64,000 nt of DNA from Candidatus Eiseniibacteriota bacterium. GTDB taxonomy: Bacteria; Eisenbacteria; RBG-16-71-46; JABDJR01. Position 1 is the first letter of the stretch, and every line of letters starts with the position of its first letter. A program made the position numbers and the translations under genes. Below are positions 1-9,940 of this stretch, one piece after another. The stretch is from assembly GCA_963783375.1 (NCBI GenBank), contig CAWANH010000028.1, positions 1,696,001-1,760,000 of the forward strand. The letters are read 5' to 3'. A model generated the notes under the pieces. That model saw nothing but the letters and a program-made list of their open reading frames with translations, was not told where the DNA came from and made no database searches.

Positions 1-1462
1 AGCTCTTCCTCTCCCGCGAGGAGACGTTCCTGGCGGTCGGGAACCGTCCTCCGACCACCATGACGCTCAAGGCCGGGGTGAAGCGGGACGGGACGCTGAC
101 CGCCCTGGAGTTCAGCGGAACCGGAGCCAGCGGCGGCTATCCGGCCGGAGGCGCCGGCGCCGCTCTCGACTGGCTGGTGCGCGACCTCTATACCTGCCCC
201 AACGTGCGGACCAGGACCCAGGACGTCTACCTCAACGCGGGCCCGGCCCGCGCCTTCCGGGCACCCGGCCATCCCCAGTGCGCCTGGGCCCTGGAGCAGA
301 TGATGGACGCCCTGGCCGAGGCGATCGACATGGACCCGGTGGAACTCCGGCTCAAGAACGTCCCGACCGTGAGCCAGGGGCGGGGGGGAGTCTCCCTATA
401 GCACCACCGGGTTCGCGGAGTGTCTGCGGAAGGGGGCCGAGGCCTTCGGCTGGGCGGAAGCGCGGAAGCGCGCCGCCGGGGCCTCGAAAGGGCACCTGAA
501 GCGGGGCGTGGGGATGGCCGGCGGACTGTGGGCGGGCGGAGCCGGCGGCCCCCCGTCGACGGTGATCCTCAAGCTCTTCTCCGACGGCAGCATGAACCTG
601 AACCTGGGGGCGAGCGACATCGGGACCGGGACCAAGACGGTGATGGCGATGGTGGTCTCGGAGGAGCTGGGGATCAAGCCCGAGCTGATCCAGATCGAGC
701 ACGCCGACACCGGGACCACCCAGTACGCCACCCCGAGCGGCGGGAGCAAGACCGTGCCCACCGAATCCCCGGCGGTCCGGGCGGCGGCGGTGGAGGTGAA
801 GCGCGAGCTGCTGAAGATGGCGGGGGAGGAGCTGGAACTCGATCCCGACGCCTTGATCCTGGACGGCGCCCGCATCGTGGCCCGGGAGGACCATGCCAAG
901 GGCGTGGCCATCACCGACCTGAAGGGGCTCCAGCGGCGGGGCGTCGTGGTGGGGATCGGTTATCGCGGCCCGAACCCCGCGGGGAAGGCGGTGAACCCCT
1001 TCGCCGCCCAGTTCTGCGAGGTGGAGGTGAACACCCTGACCGGGGAGACGCGCATCCTGCGCTTCCTGGGCGCCCACGACAGCGGCCGGGTCATGAACCG
1101 GCTCACCTACCGGAACCAGGTGTTCGGCGGGATCACCATGGGGATCGGCCTGGGCATGACCGAGGCGCGGATCCTCGACCGGAACGGCACCGGGAAGATG
1201 GTTAACCGGAACTGGCACGACTACAAGCTTCCCACCATGCTCGACACCGCGCCGGACAACGTCTGCCTGCCGGTGGAGCCCGGGGGATACCGAAGCCAAC
1301 ACCACCGGGGCCAAGGGCCTCGGCGAGCCGGCCACCATTCCCACCGCCCCCGCGGTGGCCAACGCCATTCATCACGCGACCGGGGTGCGGGTGACCGACA
1401 CCCCCGCCGACCCCGTGCGGCTGGTGGCGCTCCTGGCCGGCGCGCGAAAGGAGGAGCGATGA
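1..1462 (+). CDS. Xanthine dehydrogenase/aldehyde oxidoreductase family molybdopterin-binding subunit, 5'-partial, with two +1 frameshifts (G7 at 382-388, G5 at 1282-1286)
   Basis: Motifs FRAPGHPQ, GASDIGTGTKT, HDSGRVMN, NQVFGGITMGIG and, in the shifted frame, GAKGLGEPATIPTAPAVANAIHHATGVR. Removing one G from each run gives a continuous frame ending at TGA 1460-1462. Confidence 0.85.
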
Positions 1463-2436
1463 CCGCGAACTTCGCCTACCTGCGGGCGCGGAACCTCCGG
1501 GAAGCCCTGACGCATCTGGATGCCGAAGGGGCCCGGGTCCACGCCGGCGGCACCGATCTCCTGGGCTGTCTCCGGGACGGGGTGTTCGACGCCCGGACGG
1601 TGGTGAGCCTCAGCCGGATCGACGCCCTCCGCGGGGTCGTGGAAACCCCGGAGGGAGGGCTTCGGATCGGGGCGCTCACCTCGATCGCCGCGGTGGCCGT
1701 CGACCCGCTCGTGGCCAAGCGCTACCCGGCGCTCGCTCAGGCGGCGGTGGCGGTGGCGAGCCCCCAGCTCCGGAACCAGGGGACGATCGGCGGGAACCTC
1801 TGCCAGAAGCCCCGCTGCTGGTACTACCGGGGGGAGTTCGACTGCCTGCGTAAGGGAGGCGACCTCTGCTACGCCTATGAGGGCGAGAACCAGTACCACG
1901 CTATCCTCGGCGGCGGCCCCTGCTTCATCGTCCATCCCTCCGACACCGCGCCGGCCCTGGTGGCGCTTTCGGCCACGGTTCGGATCGAGGGGCCGAAAGG
2001 AAAGCGCGAGGTTTCGGTGGAGACCTTTCACGTGCCGCCGGGGGTCGACCCCCAGCGGGAAACCGTCCTGGAATCGGGAGAGATCGTGACCGACGTCCTG
2101 ATCCCCCCGCCCGTGCCGGGGCTTCGAAGCTCCTATCGGAAGGTCCGGGGGCGCGAAGCCTGGGACTTCGCCCTGGCCGGAGCGGCCTTGGCGTTGGTGC
2201 TTCAGGGCGGGCGGGTGACCCGGGCCCGGGTGGTCCTCTCGGGGGCGGCCCCGGTCCCGTGGCGTTCCCGGGAGGCGGAGGCCGCGCTCACCGGTAAGGT
2301 ACTGGACGCGGCGACGGCCTCGGACGCAGCGGCCAAGGCGATGGACGGGGCCGATCCCCTGGCCCAAAACGGCTACAAGCTGCCGCTCTTCCGCGGAATG
2401 CTCGAAGAGGAACTCCTCAAGATCGCCGGGGGTTGA
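1459..2436 (+). CDS. Molybdo-flavoenzyme FAD-binding subunit (PaoB/YagS-like, with Cys-rich [4Fe-4S] insert)
   Basis: RBS AAGGAGGAG, ATGA overlap with the upstream stop, AGGTDLL, ASPQLRNQGTIGGNLCQ, and the RCWYYR..C..C..C insert. Confidence 0.9.
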   Translation: MTANFAYLRARNLREALTHLDAEGARVHAGGTDLLGCLRDGVFDARTVVSLSRIDALRGVVETPEGGLRIGALTSIAAVAVDPLVAKRYPALAQAAVAVASPQLRNQGTIGGNLCQKPRCWYYRGEFDCLRKGGDLCYAYEGENQYHAILGGGPCFIVHPSDTAPALVALSATVRIEGPKGKREVSVETFHVPPGVDPQRETVLESGEIVTDVLIPPPVPGLRSSYRKVRGREAWDFALAGAALALVLQGGRVTRARVVLSGAAPVPWRSREAEAALTGKVLDAATASDAAAKAMDGADPLAQNGYKLPLFRGMLEEELLKIAGG

Positions 2437-2467
2437 CCGTTCCCGGCCCATCTTCCCGGAATCCGGC

Positions 2468-3817
2468 ATGATCGAGCGGATCTTCCGGATCCGGGCCCAG
2501 GGGAGCACGGTGCGGCGGGAGACGCTGGCCGGTGCCACCACGTTTCTCACCATGGCCTACATCGTGTTCGTGAACCCGGAGATCCTTGCCTCGGCGGGAA
2601 TGGACTTCGGTGCGGTGTTCACCGCGACCTGCCTCGCCGCCGCGCTCGGGACGCTCCTCATGGGCTTTCTCGCCGGCTACCCGATCGCGCTAGCGCCCTT
2701 GATGGGCGAGAACGCCTTCTTCGCCACGGTGGTGGTGACCGGGATCGCCGGGGTCCGGGTGAGCTGGGAGGCGGCCCTGGCCGCGGTCTTCATCTCCGGG
2801 CTGATGTTCCTGGCCCTGACCCTGTTCCGGATCCGCGAGATGATCATCGACGCGGTGCCGGCGAGCCTCAAGCACGGGATCGCATCGGGGATCGGGCTCT
2901 TCATCGTGTTCATCGGGCTGGTCAATTCCGGGGTGGTGATGCGCCGCGGCCCCGAGGATCCATCCCTGGTGCCGGTCCGGCTCGGGGACCTCGCCTCGGG
3001 GCCGCCGCTCCTGGCCCTGGGCGGAACTCTCCTCACCGCGGTGCTCCTAGTACGGAAAATCCCCGGAGCGATCCTGATCGGCCTCGTGGCCACCGCGCTC
3101 GGCGGTTGGGCCCTGGGCTACGTCCACTTCCAGAGCGTGTTCGCCGCCCCGCCCAGCCTTGCTCCGACCTTCCTCCGGATGGACCTCGGCGCGGTGCTCA
3201 ACTGGTCGCTGCTGCCGGTGGTGCTGATCTTCCTCTACATGGCGGTCTTCGACGCCATCGGCACCCTGGTCGGGATCGCCGACCGCGCGGGGTTCCTGAC
3301 CTCGGCGGGAAAGCTCCCCCGGGCCACCCGGGCGCTTCTGGCCGACGCGGGGGCGACCACGGTGGGGGCGCTCCTCGGCACCTCCACCACCGGGGCCTAC
3401 ATCGAGAGCGCGGCGGGAGTCCAGGCCGGTGGGCGGACCGGATTCGCCAACCTGGTGACCGGGGGCCTCTTCCTGGTCACGCTCTTCTTCAGCCCCATCG
3501 CCGCCGCGATGGCGGCGCCGGTCCCGGCCGGCGGCCACGTGTTCAGCCCGATCACCGCCCCGGCGTTGATCCTGGTCGGGGTGCTCATGGCCCAGGGCAT
3601 CCCCCGGATCGCCTGGGACGATCTCACCGAGGCCATCCCCGCGTTCCTGGTGATCGTGATGATGCCCTTCACCTGGTCCATCGCCGACGGGATCGCCGCG
3701 GGGTTCATCGCGTATCCTCTGCTCAAGATCGCCTCGGGTCGGGCGCGCGAGGCTTCGTGGCTGGTGCGGATCCTGGGGCTGCTGTTCATCGCCCGATACG
3801 TATTCCTGCCGACCTGA
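2468..3817 (+). CDS. NCS2/AzgA-family nucleobase (purine) permease
   Basis: [29 protein letters not shown], multiple transmembrane helices. Confidence 0.92.
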   Translation: MIERIFRIRAQGSTVRRETLAGATTFLTMAYIVFVNPEILASAGMDFGAVFTATCLAAALGTLLMGFLAGYPIALAPLMGENAFFATVVVTGIAGVRVSWEAALAAVFISGLMFLALTLFRIREMIIDAVPASLKHGIASGIGLFIVFIGLVNSGVVMRRGPEDPSLVPVRLGDLASGPPLLALGGTLLTAVLLVRKIPGAILIGLVATALGGWALGYVHFQSVFAAPPSLAPTFLRMDLGAVLNWSLLPVVLIFLYMAVFDAIGTLVGIADRAGFLTSAGKLPRATRALLADAGATTVGALLGTSTTGAYIESAAGVQAGGRTGFANLVTGGLFLVTLFFSPIAAAMAAPVPAGGHVFSPITAPALILVGVLMAQGIPRIAWDDLTEAIPAFLVIVMMPFTWSIADGIAAGFIAYPLLKIASGRAREASWLVRILGLLFIARYVFLPT

Positions 3818-3838
3818 TCCCCCCGGGTCTTCTGGCCG

Positions 3839-4207
3839 ATGCCCGCGGGGGACCGGGCGGTTTACGCGCAGGTCCGCGCGGGAGACGATGTTCTCTGCAC
3901 CCTGCGGCTCGGTACCCGCCCCGCGGCGATCCGCGACGTGGCCTACGCACCCTTTCCCAACCCGAGCCGTCTCGGAGCCCAATGGCGGGTGGACCTGGTG
4001 GGGCCGTCGGATGCAACCTTCGAGGTGCTCGACGTGGCCGGGCGGGTGGTGCATGGGCCGGAGCGCCGGCGCCTCCAATCGGGGCGGAACGATCTCTGGT
4101 GGGACGGTCGCCTCCGGGGCCGGCCCGCCGCGGCCGGGGTGTACTTTCTGCGGCTCACCGCCCCCGGGGTGGCGTTCCGGAGTAAGCTGGTGCTTCTCCC
4201 TCGCTGA
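3839..4207 (+). CDS. Isolated FlgD-Ig/T9SS-like C-terminal domain, possible gene remnant
   Basis: PFPNPS...[11 protein letters not shown]...LWWDG...AAGVYFLRL...SKLVLL. No signal peptide and no clear RBS. Confidence 0.5.
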   Translation: MPAGDRAVYAQVRAGDDVLCTLRLGTRPAAIRDVAYAPFPNPSRLGAQWRVDLVGPSDATFEVLDVAGRVVHGPERRRLQSGRNDLWWDGRLRGRPAAAGVYFLRLTAPGVAFRSKLVLLPR

Positions 4208-4235
4208 GACGCACCCTGGACCGAGGAGCAACGGC

Positions 4236-4658
4236 ATGAAATCCCATCGTGAGACCCTGACCCTGAACATCCCGGAGCGGATGGACTTCGTGAACATCAC
4301 CCCGCAGGTGGAGAAGGCGGTGGGGAAGAGCGGGGTCCGCGAAGGGCTCTGTCTGGTGAACGCCATGCACATCACGGCCAGCGTGTTCATCAACGACGAC
4401 GAGCCGGGGCTTCACGAGGACTACAAGCGGTGGCTGGAGGCCCTGGCCCCCTTCGACCCCAGCCCCGAGCGCTACCACCACAACCGGACCGGCGAGGACA
4501 ACGGCGACGCCCATCACAAGCGCCAGGTCATGGGCCGGGAGGTGGTGGTGGCGATCACCGGGGGGAAGCTCGACTTCGGCCCCTGGGAGCAGATCTTCTA
4601 CGGTGAGTTCGACGGCCGCCGCCCCAAGCGGATCCTGATCAAGATCATCGGGGAGTGA
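4236..4658 (+). CDS. yjbQ: YjbQ/UPF0047 family protein
   Basis: RBS GAGGAG; [37 protein letters not shown]. Confidence 0.9.
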   Translation: MKSHRETLTLNIPERMDFVNITPQVEKAVGKSGVREGLCLVNAMHITASVFINDDEPGLHEDYKRWLEALAPFDPSPERYHHNRTGEDNGDAHHKRQVMGREVVVAITGGKLDFGPWEQIFYGEFDGRRPKRILIKIIGE

Positions 4659-4752
4659 GGCGAAGGCCGGTCTCCGAGGGCAACGGAGTAGCGCCCGACG
4701 CGCTCGGGGTGAGCGCGCCGGGCGCGGTGCATCGAACGGATGAGCCGGGGGA

Positions 4753-6219
4753 TCAGGGGAGGAGGATCATCCTCCGCGAGAACCGATGTTCCCTCGTGCT
4801 CAAGGTGTAGAAGTAGACCCCGGGCGAGGTTTCCCGCCCGAACGCGTCCCGCCGGTCCCAGGTCAGGGTGGTGAGCCCGCCGTCCCTCGGTCCGTCGAGG
4901 AGCGTCCGCACCAGTCGTCCGGCCGGGTCGTATACCCGGACCGACACCATCTCCGGCCGGGGCAGTTCGAACCGGATCACCGTGGTGCTCCGGAACGGGT
5001 TGGGGAAGTTCTGGGCCAGGGTCGGCCGCGGCACGTCGCCCCCCGGATTCCCCGGGAACCCCGTCGCCCCTCCGGCCAGGGTGAACGGGCTCACCGGCAG
5101 CATGAACTGCACGAACCCGTCCTGGTAGAAGATCTGGCCCTGGATGGGAGCGGTCATGAACCGCGGATCGGTGGGCGGGAAGAGGTTGTTGGTGAGGACC
5201 AGCTGGAGGGTTCCGGAGAATTCCCCCGTGACATCGTCGATCATCCCCACGTTGGGGGCCTCCGGATCCATCCCGGTCAGGTCGAGCTGGTTGGGGCCGG
5301 TGAAGACCCCCGGAGACCACTCGAAGGATGGGATGTCCAGGTGGAAGGTCTGGAAGGTGATCCCGGCGAACTGGGGATCGTAGGTGGGGTTCAGCTCCGG
5401 CTCGGGGATGGTGTCCAGGTAGACGTCGACGAAGCCCCCCACTCCCGGAACGAAGGCGCTGTCCGCCCCGGTATCGACGGCCGGGTAGAACAGGAAGAGG
5501 CCCCCGCTGGGGAAGATGTTGATGTGGGCGTTGCTGGTTCCCTCGCTGGGACGCTTCACCGGGCCGCCGGTATCGCCGCCTCCGGTGGTGGCTCCCCCCG
5601 GGGTGGTCGTGGGCCAGCAGTTCTTGGGGCAGGTCAGTCCCGCCTTGTCCACCAGGGACTGGATCGCGGCCTGGGTGATCCCCCCGCCCAGCTGGGCCAT
5701 CTTGTCGTTGGCGTGACCGGCGCAGGGGGTGGTCTTCCGGCTCCCGTCGGGATTCCTTCCTTCCTTGTAGGTGTCGGGGAGCCCGGCCAGGTGTCCGACC
5801 TCGTGGGCGAAGGTGTTGTTGGGTTCGTTGTTGTCCCAGGTCCCGTCGCTGTCCCCGCCGTTCACCGTTCCCAGGTGGCAGCTCGAGATGTGATCGTCCA
5901 GGCCGCCGGCGCTGTCGTCGTAGACGTAGATCGAGTCGTACCCGGCGGTGCGGCCGCCGCTACCGATCTTGAAGTTCACGACCACGCTCACCGGGCAGCA
6001 GCCGATCTTCTTGCCGGACCAGCAGGTCTCGATCTCGGTCTTGGCCGCCTGGGCGAAGGCGCTGTCCCCGCCCGGGCCGTAGAACTCCAGGTTGAAGGTG
6101 ATCTTCATCTTGCAGTTGCCGTCCTTGGCGACGGTGACCTTGGCCGGGCTCGTGCCCGGCGAGGCCGCGAGCATCATCGCGGAGAGAACGGCCGGCGCCA
6201 ACCAACGCAGGATCTTCAT
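4753..6219 (-). CDS. Secreted zinc metalloprotease (HExxHxxGxxD) with C-terminal FlgD/T9SS-like domain
   Basis: RBS GAGGAGG; signal peptide MKILRWLAPAVLSAMMLAA; FAHEVGHLAGLPDTY; T/G/P linker; C-terminal LAQNFPNPF...GVYFYTL...RRMILL. Confidence 0.8.
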   Translation of the reverse strand: MKILRWLAPAVLSAMMLAASPGTSPAKVTVAKDGNCKMKITFNLEFYGPGGDSAFAQAAKTEIETCWSGKKIGCCPVSVVVNFKIGSGGRTAGYDSIYVYDDSAGGLDDHISSCHLGTVNGGDSDGTWDNNEPNNTFAHEVGHLAGLPDTYKEGRNPDGSRKTTPCAGHANDKMAQLGGGITQAAIQSLVDKAGLTCPKNCWPTTTPGGATTGGGDTGGPVKRPSEGTSNAHINIFPSGGLFLFYPAVDTGADSAFVPGVGGFVDVYLDTIPEPELNPTYDPQFAGITFQTFHLDIPSFEWSPGVFTGPNQLDLTGMDPEAPNVGMIDDVTGEFSGTLQLVLTNNLFPPTDPRFMTAPIQGQIFYQDGFVQFMLPVSPFTLAGGATGFPGNPGGDVPRPTLAQNFPNPFRSTTVIRFELPRPEMVSVRVYDPAGRLVRTLLDGPRDGGLTTLTWDRRDAFGRETSPGVYFYTLSTREHRFSRRMILLP

Positions 6220-6233
6220 GGCGGTTCCTCCTC

Positions 6234-6797
6234 TCATGGCGCGATGGCGTTGTATTTGAGAACGGCGGTGGGCGGCAGCAGGGAGTTCAAGGTCAGCATC
6301 ACCGCGTCGAACGGGGCGACCGCCATGTTCTGGGTGATCACCTGCTGGGTGCCGCCGTTGGCGGTGACCGTGAGCTCGGCGAAGCTGCCGTCGGCGATCC
6401 CCGGATCGAGGTAGTACGGGGAAAGCAGGGAAAAACCGTTGGACTGGATCGAGCTCCACAACGTGTTCATGTCGTCCACGGTGAGGCTGAAGCTCGAGAC
6501 GAGGCTGCAGACTCCGGTATCGCGGTCGATCGGATCCGTCCGGCAGAACGTGCCGCTGCCGCTGGGGTCGATGGTCACCAGCCGGATCGGATAGGCGGGC
6601 GAGACGGCGCCGGCGTAGGCGGTCACCGCGAAGTCCGGGGGGTACAGGGGAGGCGCCGCAGACGCGGACACCGAGGCAAGCCCGGAGGCGAGGAGAACGA
6701 GAAGCAGGATACCGGGGGCTCGGCGCGCTCGGCGGAGGATCCGCGCGCCCAAGCGCCGGCTCGGGGAGCTACCAGGAGTCGCATGGGGTTCCTCCAC
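6234..6797 (-). CDS. Secreted hypothetical protein, resembles DUF6438/emfourin-like fold
   Basis: Arg-rich then hydrophobic signal peptide ending ASA; ends 14 bp before the protease start; exact start uncertain. Confidence 0.65.
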   Translation of the reverse strand: MEEPHATPGSSPSRRLGARILRRARRAPGILLLVLLASGLASVSASAAPPLYPPDFAVTAYAGAVSPAYPIRLVTIDPSGSGTFCRTDPIDRDTGVCSLVSSFSLTVDDMNTLWSSIQSNGFSLLSPYYLDPGIADGSFAELTVTANGGTQQVITQNMAVAPFDAVMLTLNSLLPPTAVLKYNAIAP

Positions 6798-7132
6798 GGG
6801 AATGGGGACGGAGGGGTTCCAGTGCTCACGTGAGAGTCATGTCGATTCAAGCCCAGACTAGCGCTCTGAACACGGGGTCACAAGACAAAAATGATAAATT
6901 TGATTTGATAACGTAACCACCTGAAACCCGGTGAGATAGAGGCTCGGCGGCCCTCCCGCCCGCTTCCCGTGGCAAGGCGGGAACCCTTGCCGGCTCCCTC
7001 GAAACGTCTCGCCAGCCGATCCCCCGGCGAGTAGGCTGGTGCGCTGATCTTTCCCGGCGGACCGGGCTGCGCCCTCAGGATGGGCCATCGCTCCGCGACG
7101 CCTTCGTCGAATCGCCGCAGCGGTAGTCGCAC

Positions 7133-7753
7133 ATGAGCACGTATCTCGAGATACACCCCGAGACCCCCCAGCCACGCCTGGTGCGCCAGGCCGCGGAGAT
7201 CGTGCGGGAGGGCGGGGTGATCGTCTATCCCACCGACTCGTGCTACGCCCTCGGTTGCGCCATCGGCGAGAAGGGACCCCTGGAGCGGATCTGTCGCATC
7301 CGGGCGATCCCGATGGATCACCGCTTCACCCTGGTCTGCCGCGATCTCTCCGAATCCGCCACTTACGCCGTCTTCGAGACCTCGGTCTACCGGCTCCTCC
7401 GGGCCAACACCCCCGGGGCTTACGCCTTCGTACTGAGGGCAACCCGGGAAGTGCCGCGCCGTCTCATGGACCCCAAGCGGAAGACCATCGGCCTCCGCGT
7501 GCCCGATCATCCCGTGGCCCGGGCGCTCCTCACCGAACTGGACGCCCCCATGATGACCTCGTCCCTGATCCTCCCCGGCGAGACCGGAGCCTTGACCGAT
7601 CCGGTGGAGATCCGCGACCGGGTGGGAAAGCTGGTGGACCTGGTGATCGACGGCGGGATGGGGGGATCCGATCCCACCACCGTGGTGGATCTCACCGGGG
7701 ACGCGCCCCGGGTGCTCCGGGTGGGGAAGGGCGATCCCTCGCCCTTCGAGTAG
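7133..7753 (+). CDS. yciO: Sua5/YciO/YrdC family protein (YciO-type)
   Basis: IHPETPQPRL, YPTDSCYALGC, KRKTIGLRVPDHP, PTTVVDLT. Confidence 0.85.
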   Translation: MSTYLEIHPETPQPRLVRQAAEIVREGGVIVYPTDSCYALGCAIGEKGPLERICRIRAIPMDHRFTLVCRDLSESATYAVFETSVYRLLRANTPGAYAFVLRATREVPRRLMDPKRKTIGLRVPDHPVARALLTELDAPMMTSSLILPGETGALTDPVEIRDRVGKLVDLVIDGGMGGSDPTTVVDLTGDAPRVLRVGKGDPSPFE

Positions 7754-7803
7754 CGGCCGCTCCTCTCCGGGACCGCGGTGTCCGCCCGCCGAGGCCTCGG
7801 CGC

Positions 7804-7841
7804 AAACAAAACGGCCGCCCGGAGGAACCCCCGGGCGGCCG
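7804..7841 (-). terminator. Rho-independent terminator of the OPT operon
   Basis: 11-bp stem CGGCCGCCCGG/CCGGGCGGCCG followed by TTTTGTTT on the minus strand, between convergent genes. Confidence 0.8.
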
Positions 7842-7863
7842 CAAGTTGACTGCCGCAACGCGA

Positions 7864-9792
7864 CTAGTGGGCCAGGAGCTGGCGCACCATGTCGGGGCCG
7901 TTCTCCACGAAGATGAGGATCACCCCCATCAGCGCCCCGCCGGCGATGATGCCCGAAGCCACCGGGAAGAGGAACTCCTCGGCTTGCTCCTTGTTCCGGG
8001 ATTCCCAGATCCACCCGAATATCGCGCCCAGGGTGAAGAGCAGGCTGTAGAAGAAGTGGAACGTCCAGGCCAGACCGATCCCCGCCGCCGAGGGGATGTA
8101 CTTCTGCTTCTTGGGGAAGGCGAGGGCCAGAAGCGGCAGGATGATCCCCACCAACCCACCGATGGCGATCGACCACACCTTCACCGGGTGCATGGTGGAC
8201 AGCCCGTGGGACATCGCCTCGGCCACCCCGCGCCAGGTCTGGGCGGCGGGGGCCGGGAACTGGTCCGATCCCAGGGACTGGGCGTTGGGGACGAGAACGT
8301 TGAAGGCCAGCACGGTCACGACGGTCCCGATGAAGATCCCCGAAAACTGGGCGATGAACTGCTTCCGGGGATGGGCCCCCAGGAGGTACCCGCTCTTGAG
8401 GTCGGTGAGGAGGTCGGCGGAGGAGCCGGCCGCCCCCGCGGTGATGCCCGCGGCCATGAGGTTCACGTTCATGTTCCCGGGGGACAGCGACCCGAAGGTG
8501 AGCTGCATGATCTTTCCCATGGCTCCCACCGGGGTGGTGTCGGTTTCTCCGGTGACGCGGCAGGCCACCAGGGCCAGGGCGAAGGTGAGGAGCACGGCCA
8601 GGACGCTCTCCCAGTAGGCCATCCCGAAGGTGCGCTCGGCCAGCCAGGCCAGGGCGACGAGCGAGACCACCTGGCCGATCACGAACCAGGAGCCGGGGGT
8701 CTCGATGGCGTCCATCTCGTTCCGCCCGCCGCTCTTCTTCTTTCCGAACATCTCGCCGAGGCTCCGGAAGGCGCTGAGGGCGCTTCGCCACTGCAGCCCC
8801 ACCGACAGCAGTCCCGAGGTCACCATGCAGGCCGTCCCGCCCCAGAGCGACCACTGCACCAGCTCGCGGTAACCGGAGACCCCGGCCAGGGCGGGAACGT
8901 GGGCCTGCACCAGGGGGATGAAGATCATCCAGCAGGTGACCGCCCCCAGCATGATGCTGAGACTTACCCGCAATCCGACGATCGAGCCGGCGGCGATGAA
9001 GATGGGGTCCCAGGCGAACATCACCGTGCGGCCGATCCACTTGTCGCCCAGGACGGCCTCGTTGAACTTGTTGATGAGGTTGGAGGCCTGGAACGGCTCC
9101 AGCGAGGCGCCGATCCTGGGAATGAGCCGGAGCCCGTCGATCCAGACCTGGTTCACCACCGCGAATGCCGCGGCCCAGCCCAGGGCCTTGGCCGCGCGCA
9201 AGCCCTTCTCGCCGGTGGCGTGCAGCGCGCGCAGGGTCTCGGCGGCGGCGATTCCGCTCGGGAACCGGAGCTGCTCCACGTTGATCATCTGCCGCTTCAT
9301 CGGCACCGCCATGGTCACGCCGAGAACGGCCAGGAAGAACACCCACCCCAGCATCATCCCGATGGGAAGGGTGTGGTTGTTGATGAGGATGTAGGCCGAG
9401 AACGCGGAGACCAGGGTGCCGCCGGTGGAGTAGCCGGCGGAGCTGGCGGTGGACTGCATGCAGTTGTTCTCGAGCACCGTCATCTTGGTCCGGACCAGCC
9501 CGATCTTGTGGAGGGTGGTCCAGATCGCGTAGGAGAGGATGCAGGCGGTGATGGCCACCCCGAACGCCCACCCGGCCTTGAGCCCGATGTAGAGGTTGGT
9601 GAGGGAGAGGATGCCGCCCAGGACCGACCCCATGATGATCGCCCGCCAGGTGAGCTGCTTCATGGTGTCGCCGCGGCCCACGTAGCACTGGTTGTACCAC
9701 TGCCGCTCGATCTCGTCCGGGGTTCCCTTGAACCCGGCGATGGGGAGTTCGTAGGCTTCGTCAACCGGAGGCGCTTTGACGGCATCTGTCAT
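7864..9792 (-). CDS. OPT/YSL-family oligopeptide transporter
   Basis: NLYIGLKAGW, LENNCMQSTASSAG, QLRFPSGIAAAETL, DLKSGYLLGA, FPAPAAQTW. Confidence 0.9.
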   Translation of the reverse strand: MTDAVKAPPVDEAYELPIAGFKGTPDEIERQWYNQCYVGRGDTMKQLTWRAIIMGSVLGGILSLTNLYIGLKAGWAFGVAITACILSYAIWTTLHKIGLVRTKMTVLENNCMQSTASSAGYSTGGTLVSAFSAYILINNHTLPIGMMLGWVFFLAVLGVTMAVPMKRQMINVEQLRFPSGIAAAETLRALHATGEKGLRAAKALGWAAAFAVVNQVWIDGLRLIPRIGASLEPFQASNLINKFNEAVLGDKWIGRTVMFAWDPIFIAAGSIVGLRVSLSIMLGAVTCWMIFIPLVQAHVPALAGVSGYRELVQWSLWGGTACMVTSGLLSVGLQWRSALSAFRSLGEMFGKKKSGGRNEMDAIETPGSWFVIGQVVSLVALAWLAERTFGMAYWESVLAVLLTFALALVACRVTGETDTTPVGAMGKIMQLTFGSLSPGNMNVNLMAAGITAGAAGSSADLLTDLKSGYLLGAHPRKQFIAQFSGIFIGTVVTVLAFNVLVPNAQSLGSDQFPAPAAQTWRGVAEAMSHGLSTMHPVKVWSIAIGGLVGIILPLLALAFPKKQKYIPSAAGIGLAWTFHFFYSLLFTLGAIFGWIWESRNKEQAEEFLFPVASGIIAGGALMGVILIFVENGPDMVRQLLAH

Positions 9793-9940
9793 GGGAGAAG
9801 CTCCCTCGATGGAGGTTGGAGTGACGGCAGGGCCGGGCGGGCCCCCGGATTCGAGACGGCACATTCTTGCCCCAACCCGACGGTGATGCAAGGGAATAGG
9901 GGGTTTCGAGATCGGCGGGGGCGGGAACCGCGATCGCGGC

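Noticed and set aside
508-2436. 642-aa Mo-subunit/FAD-subunit fusion ORF
   Set aside because: Artefact of the +1 shift at 1282-1286; the true Mo-subunit end is in another frame and the FAD gene has its own RBS and ATG at 1459.
6880-6925. AT-rich patch as a mobile-element end or att site
   Set aside because: No repeat partner or recombinase; it is consistent with a divergent promoter region.
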